Numbered from the stretch's first letter, positions 42,901 through 58,404 are shown. The stretch is 64,000 bases of DNA from Balanoglossus misakiensis (GCA_040954595.2 CM082596.2:62001-126000); one strand, 5' to 3'. Notes: a model not told the origin generated them from the letters alone. A program made the numbers and translations.

Positions 42901-45900
42901 CCAAAGGGACTGGGACAAATGTCCAGACAAAGACCTGACAGCACTGTTCACCCTCTTTGAGGTTGGCCACTGCAGCCATGTCCCAAGAAGGGTCAGACAT
43001 TGTGGTGTAATGAGAAGGCCACTTCCATACTGTGAAACCCTATGTCTACCATTTGTATTTGATGTGTTTGAGCACACCATTTCCACTTCTGCTATAGAAA
43101 CAGGAATGCATTAGTACACCAAACCACAGTTCCTCCAACCATGTGGGCGGAGAGACTGTGACCAAATCAAAACAGTACATAACCCTTGTGTACTATCAAC
43201 AGAATCGTATAGAGTTGTTCATCACTGCAATTTGACAAAAGTCATTCTTTAATACACCAATAAATTGGTCTGCCTTACAATCAGAACATGTAACAACAGA
43301 ATTCTCATTTAAACCAGCTTGGTATCCAGGCAGCATCAGTTATCTTATAGTCTAGTGAACTTCTTCCAAACAACTTTCATGAAAGTCATTTCAGGGGGTA
43401 TATGCAAGGTCAGCCTTCAGGGACATATCCAATAGTGAACAATAGTGAACACACTCAAGGCCATGATACAGTTTTTATGCTTAGACAATCACTCAGCTCA
43501 GTAGTTTCCCAACATACTTCTTAAAACATGGCTCTTTTAAAGATAAAAGTCTACATTACAAACAGTTACCTTGGTAACCTACAATGTATGTATAACTAGC
43601 TGGACCAAGTTAGACTGGGCAAGTCTCAGCAATATTTTAATCTTGACAGGTTTGAAAAATATTAAAATGAACACATTTTAATATTTGAGAGGTTTGAAGT
43701 GAATTGATAATGATATGTCCAAAGTCCAAACCTCAACAATGATTACTCCATGGGATTCAACACATTCTAACTGGCATCAAACTACCTATGCCTAGTACAT
43801 GGAATAACAAGCATTGTGTGATACATCCTTTTCAAATTCCATACAGAAAGACAGTTTACTAGAGGTCATGAAATGATTCTCAAACCGGAAACACATTAGT
43901 ACGATTACTGCTGATAAAGACTGTTATGTTTTCATCCTGACATAGTTCAGCTGTGACTTTGTCTGCATTGCATAAGTGCTGACTAACCAGGACAAGTGTA
44001 TACAACATATTCTCAAGAAGGGGTGCCCAAACATTACAGCTATAAAGATGTTACATTTTCATAAAATGCATTTAGGTTTTCCAATAATCTGCTTTAGATT
44101 TGAATTATTGACTACATAATGGGAAGCATATTCAAATAAGTTGAGGTGAAGGCCATGACTTTAACACTATTCTGACATTCAAGATAGGGAAAATGAAGAA
44201 ACCATCACCAAACAGGCTGGCTTTATATTTTGGACTTTACACTCAAGAAAGACATTCATCTTAAATTTATAATGCTGAAAAGTCAGTTGAAGTACCTTCC
44301 ACACTCCAAAACAGCACTGTATCTAAGTATCAGACAGGGATTAATTCAGCCACAGTTGTTTAATACACTGCTAATCTGCATTATAAACCTGTTATCATCA
44401 ATCACAATTCAGGTAACATATTCAGAGGCTGTGATTACGAGGAAAGTTAGTCCATTTTGTCTTCACCTTTCAACCTCTAGTGTCCCTAGAGGTAAATTCC
44501 ACCTCAACTTTCAAAACAAGCCAGAGTAAAATGCAACTTGCAAAGAGTTAAACAGAGGGAAATGAGCTATTGCATAAGAGTCTTCTTCAATCCATTGTTA
44601 ACATAACCTTGTACCTGTAACAAGGCATATTTTCTACAAATTGGCCTGTTTTCATATTGTTACAATCTAGTATGAAGTCCAACAGGTTTTTAATGTCAGA
44701 GCTAGATGTAGTCATGCATTCAATGGTCTGATTGTTATTCATATCGACAGTACTTCATGGAAACCAATTCCAATGGATCTGCTGTCCAACCAATCAACTA
44801 ATCTATGGCTGAATGAAACATGAAATGTGAACAAATCTGTCAATATTTATAAACTAGTCTGGCAAATACAGAAACTCAATTGTGCGTTGAATTCATTCTT
44901 CTTGTCTGAACAGTGAACACATGTAAGTCTTCATGCCATACATTAACTTTGCTTTACTTTTGTCAGACTTTTCTTAGATTAGTTCATTTAATTCCTTGCT
45001 GGCAATACCCTTCTGATGTGGGTCAACTCTTCTGCCAGTTACTGAGTTAGTGGTACGACTATTAACATTTAGGTCAACACATACCTGTTCATAGTTATGT
45101 CAAATATGAATTTTCGATATCACTCAACCAGGTAACATTTTTTTTATCTGGGGAACTATTTCTTTAAGATCTTTCAAAGAATTTTCAGCCTTGATATGTT
45201 TGTTTATTTGACATGAACTAATTAGGCGAATAGACACAAGATATGGGAATCTATTAAGAATTCATCAAATTTCAATCAGTGCAAACTTGACGCAGTTAGT
45301 TTCTATGGAAACAGCTGATCAAATCCAGCCCTTTGCCAAGTCCTACATTAGCCAAACTGAAGCACCTGTGTATACATCACACACAGGTATTCTGATAGCT
45401 TTACCTAGCACAGACAATACCACAATCTGTTTAGGTAAATAAAACAGGCCAGATTAGACCCTTTGCTATTTTTTCAAATCTTACATTAACAGTGTGTTGT
45501 TTTATGTTTGGGTAAATATATAAAAACCTTGGAATTCAACCATAGTACATTTATGAATGTGATTAAAATTTCAATTGTACCAAATCTCATTAGCTATCTA
45601 TCATCATAAATCTGTGTGTTTGATATGATTAAGAAAACAGACCAACTTCAGACCAAAGACATAACATTTGCTAGTGTTGCTTTTAAGTATCTTGGCTGTA
45701 AACTCCACGGATTACATTTAGCAAACGGTCAAGAAGGATAGTTAACTGGTATGTGCTGTCCACTAAACATCACAAATAAAACCTAGCTAAGTTGGTGACA
45801 GACTCCAATGGCAAAAATAAACTCAACGAGCTTATCTCGCATAGAGGCTTAAAGCAAAAGACATCTAAACCTACAACCTACCTTGAATGACAGCCTGAGG

Positions 45901-48900
45901 TCACAACCTTTGTACGCAATGAAACTTTTTTTCTATGAAATGAAATTCACACCCTTCCAACCCGTGAAGTCTGATTATGCACAGGGTAAACTCCTTTAAA
46001 AATCGTGATCCTCCGAATGATAACTTGTTTGCCTTGGATAGATCCAAATTGGTATGTGCGAGACCAATACATTCAACAACACCCTTGAAGTGTATGTCAG
46101 TGACAGACTACTGGTATGTGTCACACACTGCACATAGTAAAGCTCCTTAACGTGTCTAAATAATGTGAGGAAAGTCCTGTGGTTCAAACTACTTTACAGT
46201 AGGGTGGGGTAAGGGTAGCAAGGTAATGCCAACAGAACAGAGTACATTGATAACACCCCACATTACCAGATTAAGACCATACACAGGAATGTCAAACTGT
46301 ATATTCTACCCTGAAGAATGGAATCTTCCAAGCAGACACAAAACTGTCAGGGATTGACTGCAAACTTCTGGGTACACGAATCAGTTCAACATATTAATTA
46401 GTCAGTGTCTACCACGATAACAGCAACATAATGTTTTATGTTCTATGACAGAAAGACCCAATAAAACTTAAATGAAGATGAAAAAGTTGAAGCCAATTAC
46501 ATCTGCTAAAATTTAAAAAAGCCTCTTTCTCATAAGGACAACTGTCTGTCTTGAGAAATTGTAACAAAAGATACTCCTAGTGTTGAGAAATGTATTCTTA
46601 ACTCATAATGACAGGACAATTGCACATACCAAAAAGACTTCAATTCATTCCAAAGGCTGTTCAGCTTACCATGTATATTGTCTGCTCTCCCACAATTTTC
46701 ACATGCAAAGAAGTAATAGTGACCTACCGGTATATTATCACAGTGTAATGGCAAGTTTCAACTTATTAGGGTTTCGAGACCAGAGGGGTCTCGAAACCCT
46801 CTTGAAATCGTGTTGTTTTTAGGGCCCAAGCGCATGCAGCGCTTGGGCCCTATTGGTATTATCCTGGTTTTTCTTCTTTTTTTTCTTGTGTAGTTTTTTC
46901 GGCCAATAGGATCTTGAAAACGGCTGAACCTACAAATTTCAAACTTGGCAAAATGGTGCAGGCCTATGAGAGCTGGTGCAGTACCCTTGTGAATGTTTAA
47001 TTAGTCATGTGACCTGTTGACCATATATGGGCAAAGTTTTCAAATGGGCCTAATTTGCATATGAATTGAGATATCAAAATTCTGTTAGGATACTTTCTGG
47101 ACCATGTGGTCAGTATCCAACATACCAAATATCAAGGCTGTGGGCCAAGTCTATTTTGAGAAGAAGACTTTTAAATATTATTAGTTTTTCATATTTTTGG
47201 ACCAAGCCAAGGGCCTATACTTTCTATAGTTAAGCTATGACGCTATGTCCACGTCTGTGCAATGGTCCTGTACAGTGACTGTCTATTGGCCCGTGAGCAG
47301 AATGGGACCAAAATAAAAGGCAAAATTTTGGGCTCACCTGTAACACCTGCTTAACTCATTAATTATGTGCATACCTAATTTTGGGCTTACTAATATGGCT
47401 AGATGTTTTGTTCTTGTGGAACCTGGACCAGTATGGGGTCAAAAAATTTTGCCCAAATTTTGGGTGACCTCAGGTGACCTTTGACCTGGCTAGTTATACT
47501 TTGCGAAACAACGAAACAGCGAAACGAAACAGCGAAACGACGAAACCATTATTAAAATAGGGGCCAGTCATCAAGACGGTGGCGTATGATTTTTTTTAAA
47601 GTTTCCAAATTAAAACGTAAGCGAGCCAAGAAAACTACAGGTCAGATAAATTGTTTTCTCGGAAATTCAACATTAGAATTTGGCGTTGGAAACAAACGGC
47701 GGGTCGCCAGTTCCTGGTCTGCGGCCTGGTACTATGTAGTGGTAGAGTCGATGTCGTGTGCGCGCAAAAGATTCATGCCAAACTGCTACATATACACAGT
47801 GAATATACGCGCGCGCACAACGAAACCACAACAGATCGAAACCTCAAAATGCGGCAGCAACTGACACTATTTCCTTAAATACCACAAGGCGGGGAGGCAT
47901 GGATTGCAATTAAGATAATAAAGAAATTTCGACAATGATACTGTGTTGTGTGAGTTACATGTGTTTCTATATATAACTACTACTCTTACCCCCCATCAGT
48001 GTTTGACCCTCGAAAGCTTACGGACACTACTGCTTTGTTTCAACTAATCCTTAGCCCTGTGAATATACTCGTACATTGACCTTTTGGGGCGGGATTCTTT
48101 TTTGGCGCGCAACCACTAGTACCAGGCCGCAGACCAGGAACTTATTTGGAAACTTTTAAAATAATAATACGCCACCGTCTTGATGACTGGCCCCTATTTT
48201 AATAATGGTTTCGTCGTTTCGCTGTTTCGTTGTTTCGCAAAGTATAACTAGCCCTTTGACCTACTTTCCTATATCTCTGCATTCAGAGCAGGTACAGACT
48301 TGGCGTTTGGAGGGTTGGGACTAAAATCGAAAAGCCAAAATTGGGGGTCACCTGTGACACCTGCTTATCTCATTAATTATGTGCATACCTAATTCAGGGA
48401 TAACTAATAGGGCTAGAGGTTTTGTTCTTATGGGACATGGACCAGTATAGGGTCAAAATTTTTTGCCCAAATTTTGGGTGACCTCAGGTGACCTTTGACC
48501 TACTTAACCATATCTCAGCATCCAGAGCAGGTACAGCCTTGGCGTTTGGAGGGATGGGTTGAAAATGAAAAGTGAAATTATTAAGTCACCTGTAACACCT
48601 GCTGAACTCATTAATTATGTGCATACCTTATTCCAGGCTAACCAATAGGGCTAGAGGTTTGATTTTTGTTGAACCTGGACCAGTATGGGGTCAAAATTTC
48701 TTGCCCATCTTTTGGGTGACGACATATGACCTTTGACCTTCGGCTTAAGCTTGGGCCCGTCATCGCTGCTTGCAGCTATATTTTATTATTATTATTATTA
48801 TTCCCACTCTTAAAAACAGCCGCTATTCGAAGACCGTTGCACCCAATGACTTGAAATTTGGCTCATGGGTAAAACTCAAAGCAAGTAATTTTCCGATCAT

Positions 48901-51900
48901 GTCACTATGGCAACAGATCACATGACCTGGCAGCCATCTTGGATTTAAACTTTAAAATTGGTCTCATTTTCATAAAATATGACAAATCAAAATTCTGTGA
49001 GCAAACTTTGTGGACCGTATGGCCAGGGTTCTATATGCCAAATTTCAATGTCTAAGTCCTTGCCGATTTTGAGGAGATGATTTTTAAAACATTATTTGTC
49101 ATATTTTTCAATACCATTGGAGGGGATTTGGCTCATGGGTAAAACTCAAAGCAAGTAATTTTCCGATCATGTCACTATGGCAACAGATCACATGACCTGG
49201 CATCCTTAAATTGCTCCGGGGAGAACTGCATATGATGAAAAACTTCACTTGCTTCTTTGTTGCAAGTGATTCTGCAATGTACTTAAGTAAGCCTCAATAG
49301 ATGTTTGTTTGCATTGATGAAGGGCATACAGGGTACCAGTAGCAATGGACTTAGATATGTGTCCCGCAAACCAAACAGGACACTGTCACGTTGTGATAAG
49401 GTATTTGGGGTGCATACTTTGGTTGAAATCTCAGAGTCGGAGGAATTCTCAAGGACTTTTCACTGTTAACACTTTCACATACCACAGAACCTATTACTAG
49501 TGGACTAACTTATGAACTGATTGCCAATTGTAGCTAGCGTTGATCACTCAAGAAACCAAGGAACAATTTATTACAAGCCTCTCAGTATGCAAAACTAGGG
49601 GTAAAATTTCATCAGTACTAAACTGTAAAGCATATGTACACACTTTGTTCATCAAATTGTTAAAGACTCCTCGGTGTACACAAATCATCTGTCAAGAGTA
49701 CACACTTTAAAAGGTCATTACACGCTGTAACTTTCCCAATATTAAATGTTCTGTAGAGCTACATGTACAGTATGGGTCAATAAGGTTCATGGCCCACCTA
49801 GTGGGCAGTTAAACTTAGACAAAAAATACCCCAGTTGTAAAGGTATACTCACTTTCTATACCAACTCTCACTGTTTGGTAGGTTAAGACACCATACATCT
49901 AAATTGAAATTCCACCATATATACACAGTATCACACTTCAATAACAGAAGCAGTTCAATCCACAGGTGTTTGTCACCTCAAATGACCCCTTAGACTTTCT
50001 GAAATACTGGCTTAGACCCACAGACTGGATCAAGTGGCTGTCTGAACAAGCATATCCATGATGAACATCAGCCAAGCTGTGATTGCACTCAGTGACTTGC
50101 ACTGCTGAGTTCAACTTCTCACTTTACCAGAAGAAAAGAAGTTGTAAAATGTATGAGACAGGCTCTTTGAGTCTTTCCCTATCACTAATGACCTCCAGCA
50201 GAGGTTACTGACCATAGCTCCATCTTTTGTCATTTACATACCTTTTGCTGTACAGCTAAATATATGTCAATATACTACTTTCTACCATTTTAAAAGTATT
50301 CTGATGTTTATTTGTGGAGTGTGATGACAGTGGGGGATGTTTTCACACCTGAATCAACAGGCATTACCTTCGACTACAGAACTCAGAGATCAATTATTAG
50401 CAGCTACAGCCCAACACAGAACATGTATGACACACCAAAATAACCTTATGAAAATCACATACAAGAGGTAGAGATCAGATCTTACTGAAAATGTAACAAA
50501 TGTAACAAGGTTAATTGCACACTCAAGGCATACGATCGCATTATGTTCAAGATGCTCTTATTTGGATACAATTTATACTGGTGCCAGACAGCCTAAAGAT
50601 ACAACTTTATGCCCATCAAGACTTTCTAAGTACACTCATACAATATGAACACAAAAAGTATTTACAAAGAAAAAGAGAGAAAAAACCAACACTTCAGATA
50701 CGACTGTTATACTTCAGACACACACCTTGTTGTACATGTCACCACAAACAAACAAGTTGAAAACTGTTATTACATTTTAACTCTTCCCAATGCAAGGCCA
50801 AAGGATGACGGCACTGTACTGTACCCATTTCCCACAAGCTTCCAGTTAACATTATATTAGAAGGACCAGTCATGCGTAAAACAGCAGCTATGCAGCAAAG
50901 TTGTCCCTCAGTATATAACATACTGAAAGACAAACCCAAAGAATGATGACCTAGGGGTAAAATGCCTGACTGTGCATCATAAAAAAAAAAACTGAACAGG
51001 AAAGCACAACATTGTTGAAAGAAACTCAATTTTGGAATGCCTCATGTTTGAATCAAATACAGTAGACAGCATATTTTGACTGTAAAAATTAAAGTTGTTC
51101 CTACATAGAAGGCATTCATTGTCAAAGAGTTGCCTAATCTAAGATTCTTCCATGTTAAATCTGATACAACAGTTTTCAGTCATTTGGTCTGACCTCCACA
51201 ATCTTATTGAAAGTTGAGGAAAAAACTCAAAGTAGAGAAACATAACTTAAGTCTGTAAATAAATAAGTAAATAAATGTAAACTTTTACTGCAAGAGCAGC
51301 TGTACTGTAAGATAAAATGACTTCTTGTGCACAATTTAATTATTATAGATAAGACAAACATGGAACTTATTTCCAGTATGATTACTGAAAATTATCAATT
51401 TGTGCCAACATCGAGAACAACAATGTCAGTTATCATACTTCTGGGTGAAAAAAACACGGAATTGCATTGCATGGTCTGAGAGAAACATTTGCAGTTTGTT
51501 AACTTAAATGGGAAAAAGGATCAACCACACAAAAATAACATGGTTTCTGCAACCTTAACCTTTGTAAGATTAAAAGAAGTACACTTAAAACTCTGAAACA
51601 ATTCAAAATGAATGCGGGAAACAATTATGAGGTTGACATAATTGACATTGTTTGTGGGTGTTACCTCAAAGATGGATTTCTAAATATTTGACTGGAATTT
51701 GTAAGTCTTTCATGGTTGACTGGATGCATTTGACACCCATGACTGTAAATGCCAAACACAACTCACAAGTGTTGACAGTCACAGTTACTATATCAGTCGA
51801 CTTAAAACCCTGACTATGGTACCATGCAACAAAAGAACTTCACACAAGTCAATGTCAATGAGCAAATGGCTGCAGACAAATGGACAGACATATGAAGGTA

Positions 51901-54900
51901 TGGACAAAGCCCAATCTATGAGTCCCAAGACTACATCTGTGGGGACAAATAAAGTAAAGTAATAGTTTTATTGAAAAACATCTGCAATGCCATATTTTAA
52001 TCTTTGATCTGATATTTGATATTGCCAGTTCTTGGACATCCCAGGTGATTTGGACATGCTTTATGCCCATCTATAAACATGTGCATTTCATTTTCTCTGT
52101 CCATCTATGTCAGGATACAGCTGTCTATTTCATTATGGACAACTTGAACAGAAGTATTTGCTGGTCTGTGCTTTCTAGAATTATAGTTACAGGAATGGCA
52201 ACTATTTTTTCATAGCATTCTGTGTTTGCATGATGTAAGAACTTTCAATTAATCCCAAAAAGTTTTCCATTTCATTAAATGATGGGAATACGTAGCTTGA
52301 TGCAGAAAACAGAGAAATGAGTTGAAATTTGCTGGAAAAATATTCCCAGGGGATACAATTACAAAACATGCAAAGAAAACCACTGCTATGGACATTTACA
52401 CTCTTGAAATAACATGTGATTTATTGTAAGTGGAAAAGTTACGCTGGTTTTAATTTCTTGTCATGGTATGCTATAGGTATGTTTATCAATCAGGACCATG
52501 TTTGCAACAAGGGTGAAGTGTTCTGCTGTGCAATTTCCAGGGTGACTGAAGGATTTGGGGTAAATTCTGGGGTTCAAATACCATATGCAACAAAACAAGA
52601 CATTCAGAGTTTTGCCTATTGCATGTTCAGATGTATTAAGGCAGAAGATAGTGGATTCAACAGAGTTTCAAATAAGAATTCAATAAGACTGTCTGCCTCA
52701 ATCTGGAGTAAACAATCAATTCTTTCTGAACAACTGTTACAAACAAATTCCTAATTGCCAACAAACAAATGCAATATGCATAATAACTTTTGGAAAAGTT
52801 TATAAAACATGGTTGATCATCTCTGAAAATGTAAGAAGCCCTTTTTTGGGGGGGGGGGGTCGCTTTAGGGTGCCCTCAGCCAAGATTTGCAGTGGAGCCA
52901 TTAAGTCCCAGACTGCTTCGGACCACCAATCTGTGTTTTGGTATTTTCATTGTTGTGTTCGACATTCAAGCAGTGAATGGTAATTATCCCAGAATCACAA
53001 AGGCCACAAATATAAAGCCAACACAAATCTACTCATCATTATGCTACAGAGCCACTGAAATACTTTAAAGTGGGTGAAAGGTCAAGATTTGTCAACCACC
53101 CAGGCAGACTAAACTCCAGTATTTATTCAATACACACACTGCATGTGTGATAATCTCCAATACAATATCAAAACCAGGACTGTACGTAGCAGACAGAATC
53201 TGGGATTTTGCACAGACAAAAGTACATCCATTGTTTTTTCAATCACAACTAGAACATCTTATTACAAATATTCACATCTGCTTCCATCTGTCACTTATTC
53301 CATTCTGGTGCTATAAAGAACTGTTCATAGAAAATGACCTCAGGAGACCTTTGACTTTAATGACATTTGACAATTGGGTAAAGGGAATTGAACAATTTAG
53401 CCAAGTCTGGCTTTTCTATTTGGTCTAGCCTCATAAGACTGACCACACAATATGTATGCTTACCAAAATGCACATACTGTTTTCATCGCAAAATTATCAA
53501 CATTTTAACAAACCAATTTAACATTTTAGATGCATCATATCTGGCACTTGTAAATTACAATGTGGTTTGTTGTGCCCTCCCTCCCCACCCCTCCCAGCCC
53601 CTTTTCTTCCAAACCCATCAAATAACTTAATTAGATGTCCACTGGAACTGATTAGGTGGCTATGTACACAAACGCTATCAAGCTCAAGGTTGTTTTTGGC
53701 CTCATATAGCTGTCAAATTCCAAAGCAAAGTAAGTACATGTATTTTATCACTAAAGAAGGTCGTTCTTTTTTTTTTCTTAATTTCAATTTTATATATATG
53801 TATTAAGTTATAGCTCTCAAATTGATATCAGTCTCAACTTTCAACCTTGGGTTCATCTTTCTGTCTCAAGATCTACCCACACATCTATCAATGGGATCAC
53901 ATTTCACTGATAATTCTACAACACATTAAAACAATGTCAAAGAGGTCAAACATATTTTAAAAATCAAATCAAAGACGAGGCATAGCTATCCATATCTTGG
54001 TAACAGCAGTTAGAGCTTTGAAAGTCTGAGGAAGATTGCAAGTCAAGTTTTATCAGTTATGAGACCTTCTTTAAGATGTGCTCATTACAACAAGTCATAA
54101 TTTCTGAACATGCAGTTGCAAACTTTGAGACAGTGAAGTCAAACATCTCACAGACTGAGCCTGTCCCATGGGAGAAAATTCAACATCAGGATGGCTTTGG
54201 AATGTGGAACATTAAAGTGTAAAATACTGCCTTAACCTGAACTAAAATAAACACTGCATATTGTAAGGTCACAGAATAAAAGTGCCATTCACACTGTTTA
54301 AATCTGACCAGGACCTTCTCAGGAGTAAAATAAAGCCTCACTATTTGGTCCACATCCACACTTGATCAGGCGTAGTGGCAGAGTTGACCACTGGAGTTCC
54401 TTTGGTCTGTTTCTACTGTTCACACTTTTTGTGCAGTTTATACACCAGAGGGGCTACCATGACCATTACAAGCCATTTGAACCAGCAAAGACATTTTCAA
54501 CATCTCAAGCAATCAAAAAGGCTTAGGTATGTCACTGGTTGAGAAGAAACTGATGCACTAAGCACTAACTACGACCACGCTTTTTGTGGTTTAAACACAC
54601 AAGAAGGACTGATAAGATCCACTAACAGTGTTGCAGAGACACTATTTCCATTATCATTGGTACCAGTATAGCTACAAGATAAATCTCAACAAACGTAGAC
54701 ATTCTCTCTCTGCCTTGCCTTTCTGTTTCTCTATCTCTATCTCCCCCTCCTCTCCTCTCTCATTCCTTCCCTCCAATATCTGTTGCACTACCCATGGTCA
54801 AATCCCATACAGTCATCACAGACAAGGTTACAGTGTAATGTTTAGTCAGATGCAACCACTCACTGCGTTGAAGAAAGTAATTGCTATTCTAGACTGCAAT

Positions 54901-57900
54901 AGATGGGTGAATTGAAACAGAACCAGCTGCTTACCTTATGTCTGAAGAAATGTGCCTGGTGACTAGACTTTACCCAGACCACAAAACAAACAGAAATGAT
55001 TCCTGGAGAAATGTGGAAATAATTGGGACGAAGTTTTTCCTCACTTCTACAGATTAAGTCTTGAACGATGTTACAAAGAGCAAGAAATTCTGTGCCACTT
55101 TGAAAATCCAATCAAAACTTTTCCCAAAGACAGCTTAGAAGTAAAACAATACAACACAACAGACACAACTTTCTGGGAAGTAACTTCCTGCTTGATGAGT
55201 CCTAGTAGAGCTGAAAAGCTTCCAAAGTTTATATTCCCAGAGAACTGCCGCCAAGCTACGGTTTGTCACGTATAGGAATCCAACAATAAATATAGCTGAT
55301 GGGTTGAAAATGATAAAGTTCCACAGACACGACAGACTATCTGGTTATTAGTAGGCCCACACACACGGGAAGTGGTGATTTCATAGATGGAAACAACCTT
55401 GCTGGATTTACAAGGACTAGATGACTGTTGCTGCTGTCACTAATTTGGGCAGCACTACTTAAAGTACACTGCCATATGAGCTTAAGTAGGTAATACCACT
55501 TACTTTGTAGGGGTAGGCAGCAGTCATTTTGGGGTTTCTTTCATAAAATCAGTGTTCTGATGAAGGGCCTTGAACCCATTAGAATACATGAAATGGTACA
55601 GCTATTCCATTTAATATTTATTGACCCTATGTATTCACCTCCACTGGTAAAACAGGTACATACACGACGGACAAAAAGCCACTCAGGATTATACTTTGTT
55701 CAGGAATAACTGATACAAATACAAAACATCTATACTTTTCCATTCAAGTTTTCACTTAAAATACCTCTTAACCATTGCACAGTAGCTGACCCTAACATGC
55801 CAATCCTGAACTGAACCACCCTGCTGTGATGTTTGATAGCCAGTCAAATCTCGTTCACAACCTCCCCCGACACAATCCACCTGTAGAACTCCGGTCGGTA
55901 AAATACCATAACAAACAAACTTAAAAGCAAGGCAGACACATATCTGCTTTATGACAGCCAGTCCTGCTGAAATCTTTTATATCACCAAGGTAACTATACT
56001 GTTCATTTGGAAATCGTAAATTTACATCCCAATGTTTTATTACAATACCATCTACTTAAATTGGCTGAACTTACCTGCAAAACATTCACGCCTTTAAAAA
56101 TTGCAATAATCAACAACAAAACACTTTTTCTTTCCATGTATTTGTTGGCTGATGAATGGTGGTTGCTGCTAATAATTTTTGAATGAACTAGCCACACCTG
56201 CAGACTTTGACTAATACTAAATAAACCTTACCATGAACAGAGGAAGAAATAAGGACTTGCACCTAGGAGACACAGACTCATACAAACACAGCTATCTCCT
56301 AACTCACACATTCATTCTCACAACACCAACCTGAGCAACTGATTCAAAATCTTCATGTCGTTTCTGTAAAGCTCTAGCCCTATGCAGTGACTTTCCAACT
56401 CCTGTGTGTTTGCGCAAGAATTCCTCTCCATGGTTGTCAAGCCAGCCAAGCACCTACAGAAAACACAGTGTAAAATATTATATCTTTAAAGTGGCCAAAT
56501 CTGATTGAAGCATCTCTTCAGTTTTTGATAAGATATGGCATTTTTGGCAAAACATATTTACCTGCATTACATCCTGTTGGAAGATGCAAAGTTGAAGTCT
56601 TTGGTGTAGTCGAGTTTTCTTGTTTTGCCATAATTGTTCAAGTTGTCTGTGTTGGTCTAAAACTTCATGGATGAGATCTAAGACATGAGAGGCTGAGTCG
56701 GAGTAATCTGCTTGGGCAGTTAAATCATCTGTGCTGCTTGGACTCACAGGTTGTTGCAATGCATCAAGTAAGGCCTTACCATCACCACAAACCTGGACAA
56801 AAAAAAAATTAGCAAAGTGATTATCAAAACAATATCAATTTCTTTAGACTAGATGCAGTCATGCAACAAAATGTTAAAGTGAGAATCCTTAACTAGATCC
56901 CAATAATATTACAAAAAGTGACCAACCATGTCTTGTCATTCCAATCACCTCATTAGAACGGGCCAATCAATTTATAATGTTTACATCACTAGTTAAAAAT
57001 AATATTATCTGGTATTGACAAAATGTCATAAAAATGCCTTTATGTTATGTTCTAGTAACTGTCAAAGAATAGCTCTGACAATCACTTTCAAAGAAAATAT
57101 ATATTTTAGTATTAAAAGACCAAATTTCTGGAATAATGTCAAAATATCTGACTTTTTAGATCAGTTTCACCCTAAAGTATGTATCTACCACATTCATAAG
57201 TTATGCCATAAAATCACCATCAAAAGTTATCCTAAAACACCCAAGACCTTTGAATAAATAAATATACATATAAATAAATAAAATAATAAATAAATAAATA
57301 AATAAAGGAAATCTCATGACCCGAGAATATACAAAATTCATTATAATAACAAAAGTGATCACACTAATATTGTGTGAGGGCAGTATACAAGAGATCCTAC
57401 TTATATTAAAGGGCAAATATACATAATTATATTAAAGGGCAAATATATATAGCCAACCACATTCTTGATACAAGCCAACACCCACTTGTGTAGCTCCAAT
57501 TAAACTTCTATTAGAGTTGAGATGCAGCATTAGTTCTGAAAACTTATTTTTAAACTTTAATGATGTCAAAATCCATATACCTGAATATGTTGTATGTAAC
57601 CTAGAATATCTTTTCCATAGTAATACACCTGCCAGCAATGAATGGGGTGAAAATGTCAAATGTCAAAGGTTAAAGTGCAAGTGACTTGAACTCTAACTTC
57701 TAAGCTTGACTGCTCTCACCATTACAGTTTTATGAAGGCATGTTGTGTGATAAGCAGGGAAGGAGCTTGATTAATAAAAGCATATTTGTGTGACACTTGC
57801 TGTCATAAATGAATGGGATTTTGTTTTGAAGTTTGTTGAAGGGGTGGAGTGGCAGGTCAGCTGGGTAGCTAGCGTGTTTCAGTTATTTTGTCTCCCTCTC

Positions 57901-58372
57901 TCACCCCCTTCTCTTTCACCCAACCCCTCTCTCTTATACATACACCCCCCCCCCCCTGTTTGCCATACTTCATGCTGTCTCCTTTCTAGTTAATGCACTC
58001 CTCATGCCAATCAATGGCAAGCTCATTCACATATACAAAATGCCCAAAAAGCAAAATGATTTAGTTTAGCAGCAGTTGTGAGCGCTAAGTGTTGTGTCAT
58101 ATCTGCAGTCCAAAACACTGATCTGTGCAGTGCACTTTTGATAATCCCAGACACATGAACCAAGGCTAAATGGCATGTTTTTGCTTTTTTAGTATTAGTT
58201 ACTGCATGCATGGCCAGTGCATGAAAAATGACAATAGCTAAACCCAAAGCCAACACCACTGTGAGAGTTCTTAGTACCGTAGTTTGCCGGGTAAGAGCCC
58301 CTGCTCGGACAAACGCCCCCCCCCCCTGGTTTTAGGGCCCATTTGTAGATCGAGGCCATATCCGGTCTAAAG

Positions 58373-58404
<32 letters not shown>

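Larger units (their letters stand above)
46763..49202 (+). mobile_element. HINE-like outer element (3'-truncated), interrupted by a nested copy
   Basis: 5' hairpin gggtttcgagacc-agagg-ggtctcgaaaccc; the sequence resumes after (ATT)n at ~48785 with family-type core sequence. Confidence 0.6.

Noticed and set aside
42838-43114. Poly-His / poly-Trp ORFs
   Set aside because: Artefacts of the (CCA)n microsatellite
57402-57450. 26-bp tandem duplication tatattaaagggcaaatata
   Set aside because: Simple local slippage duplication with no evident function
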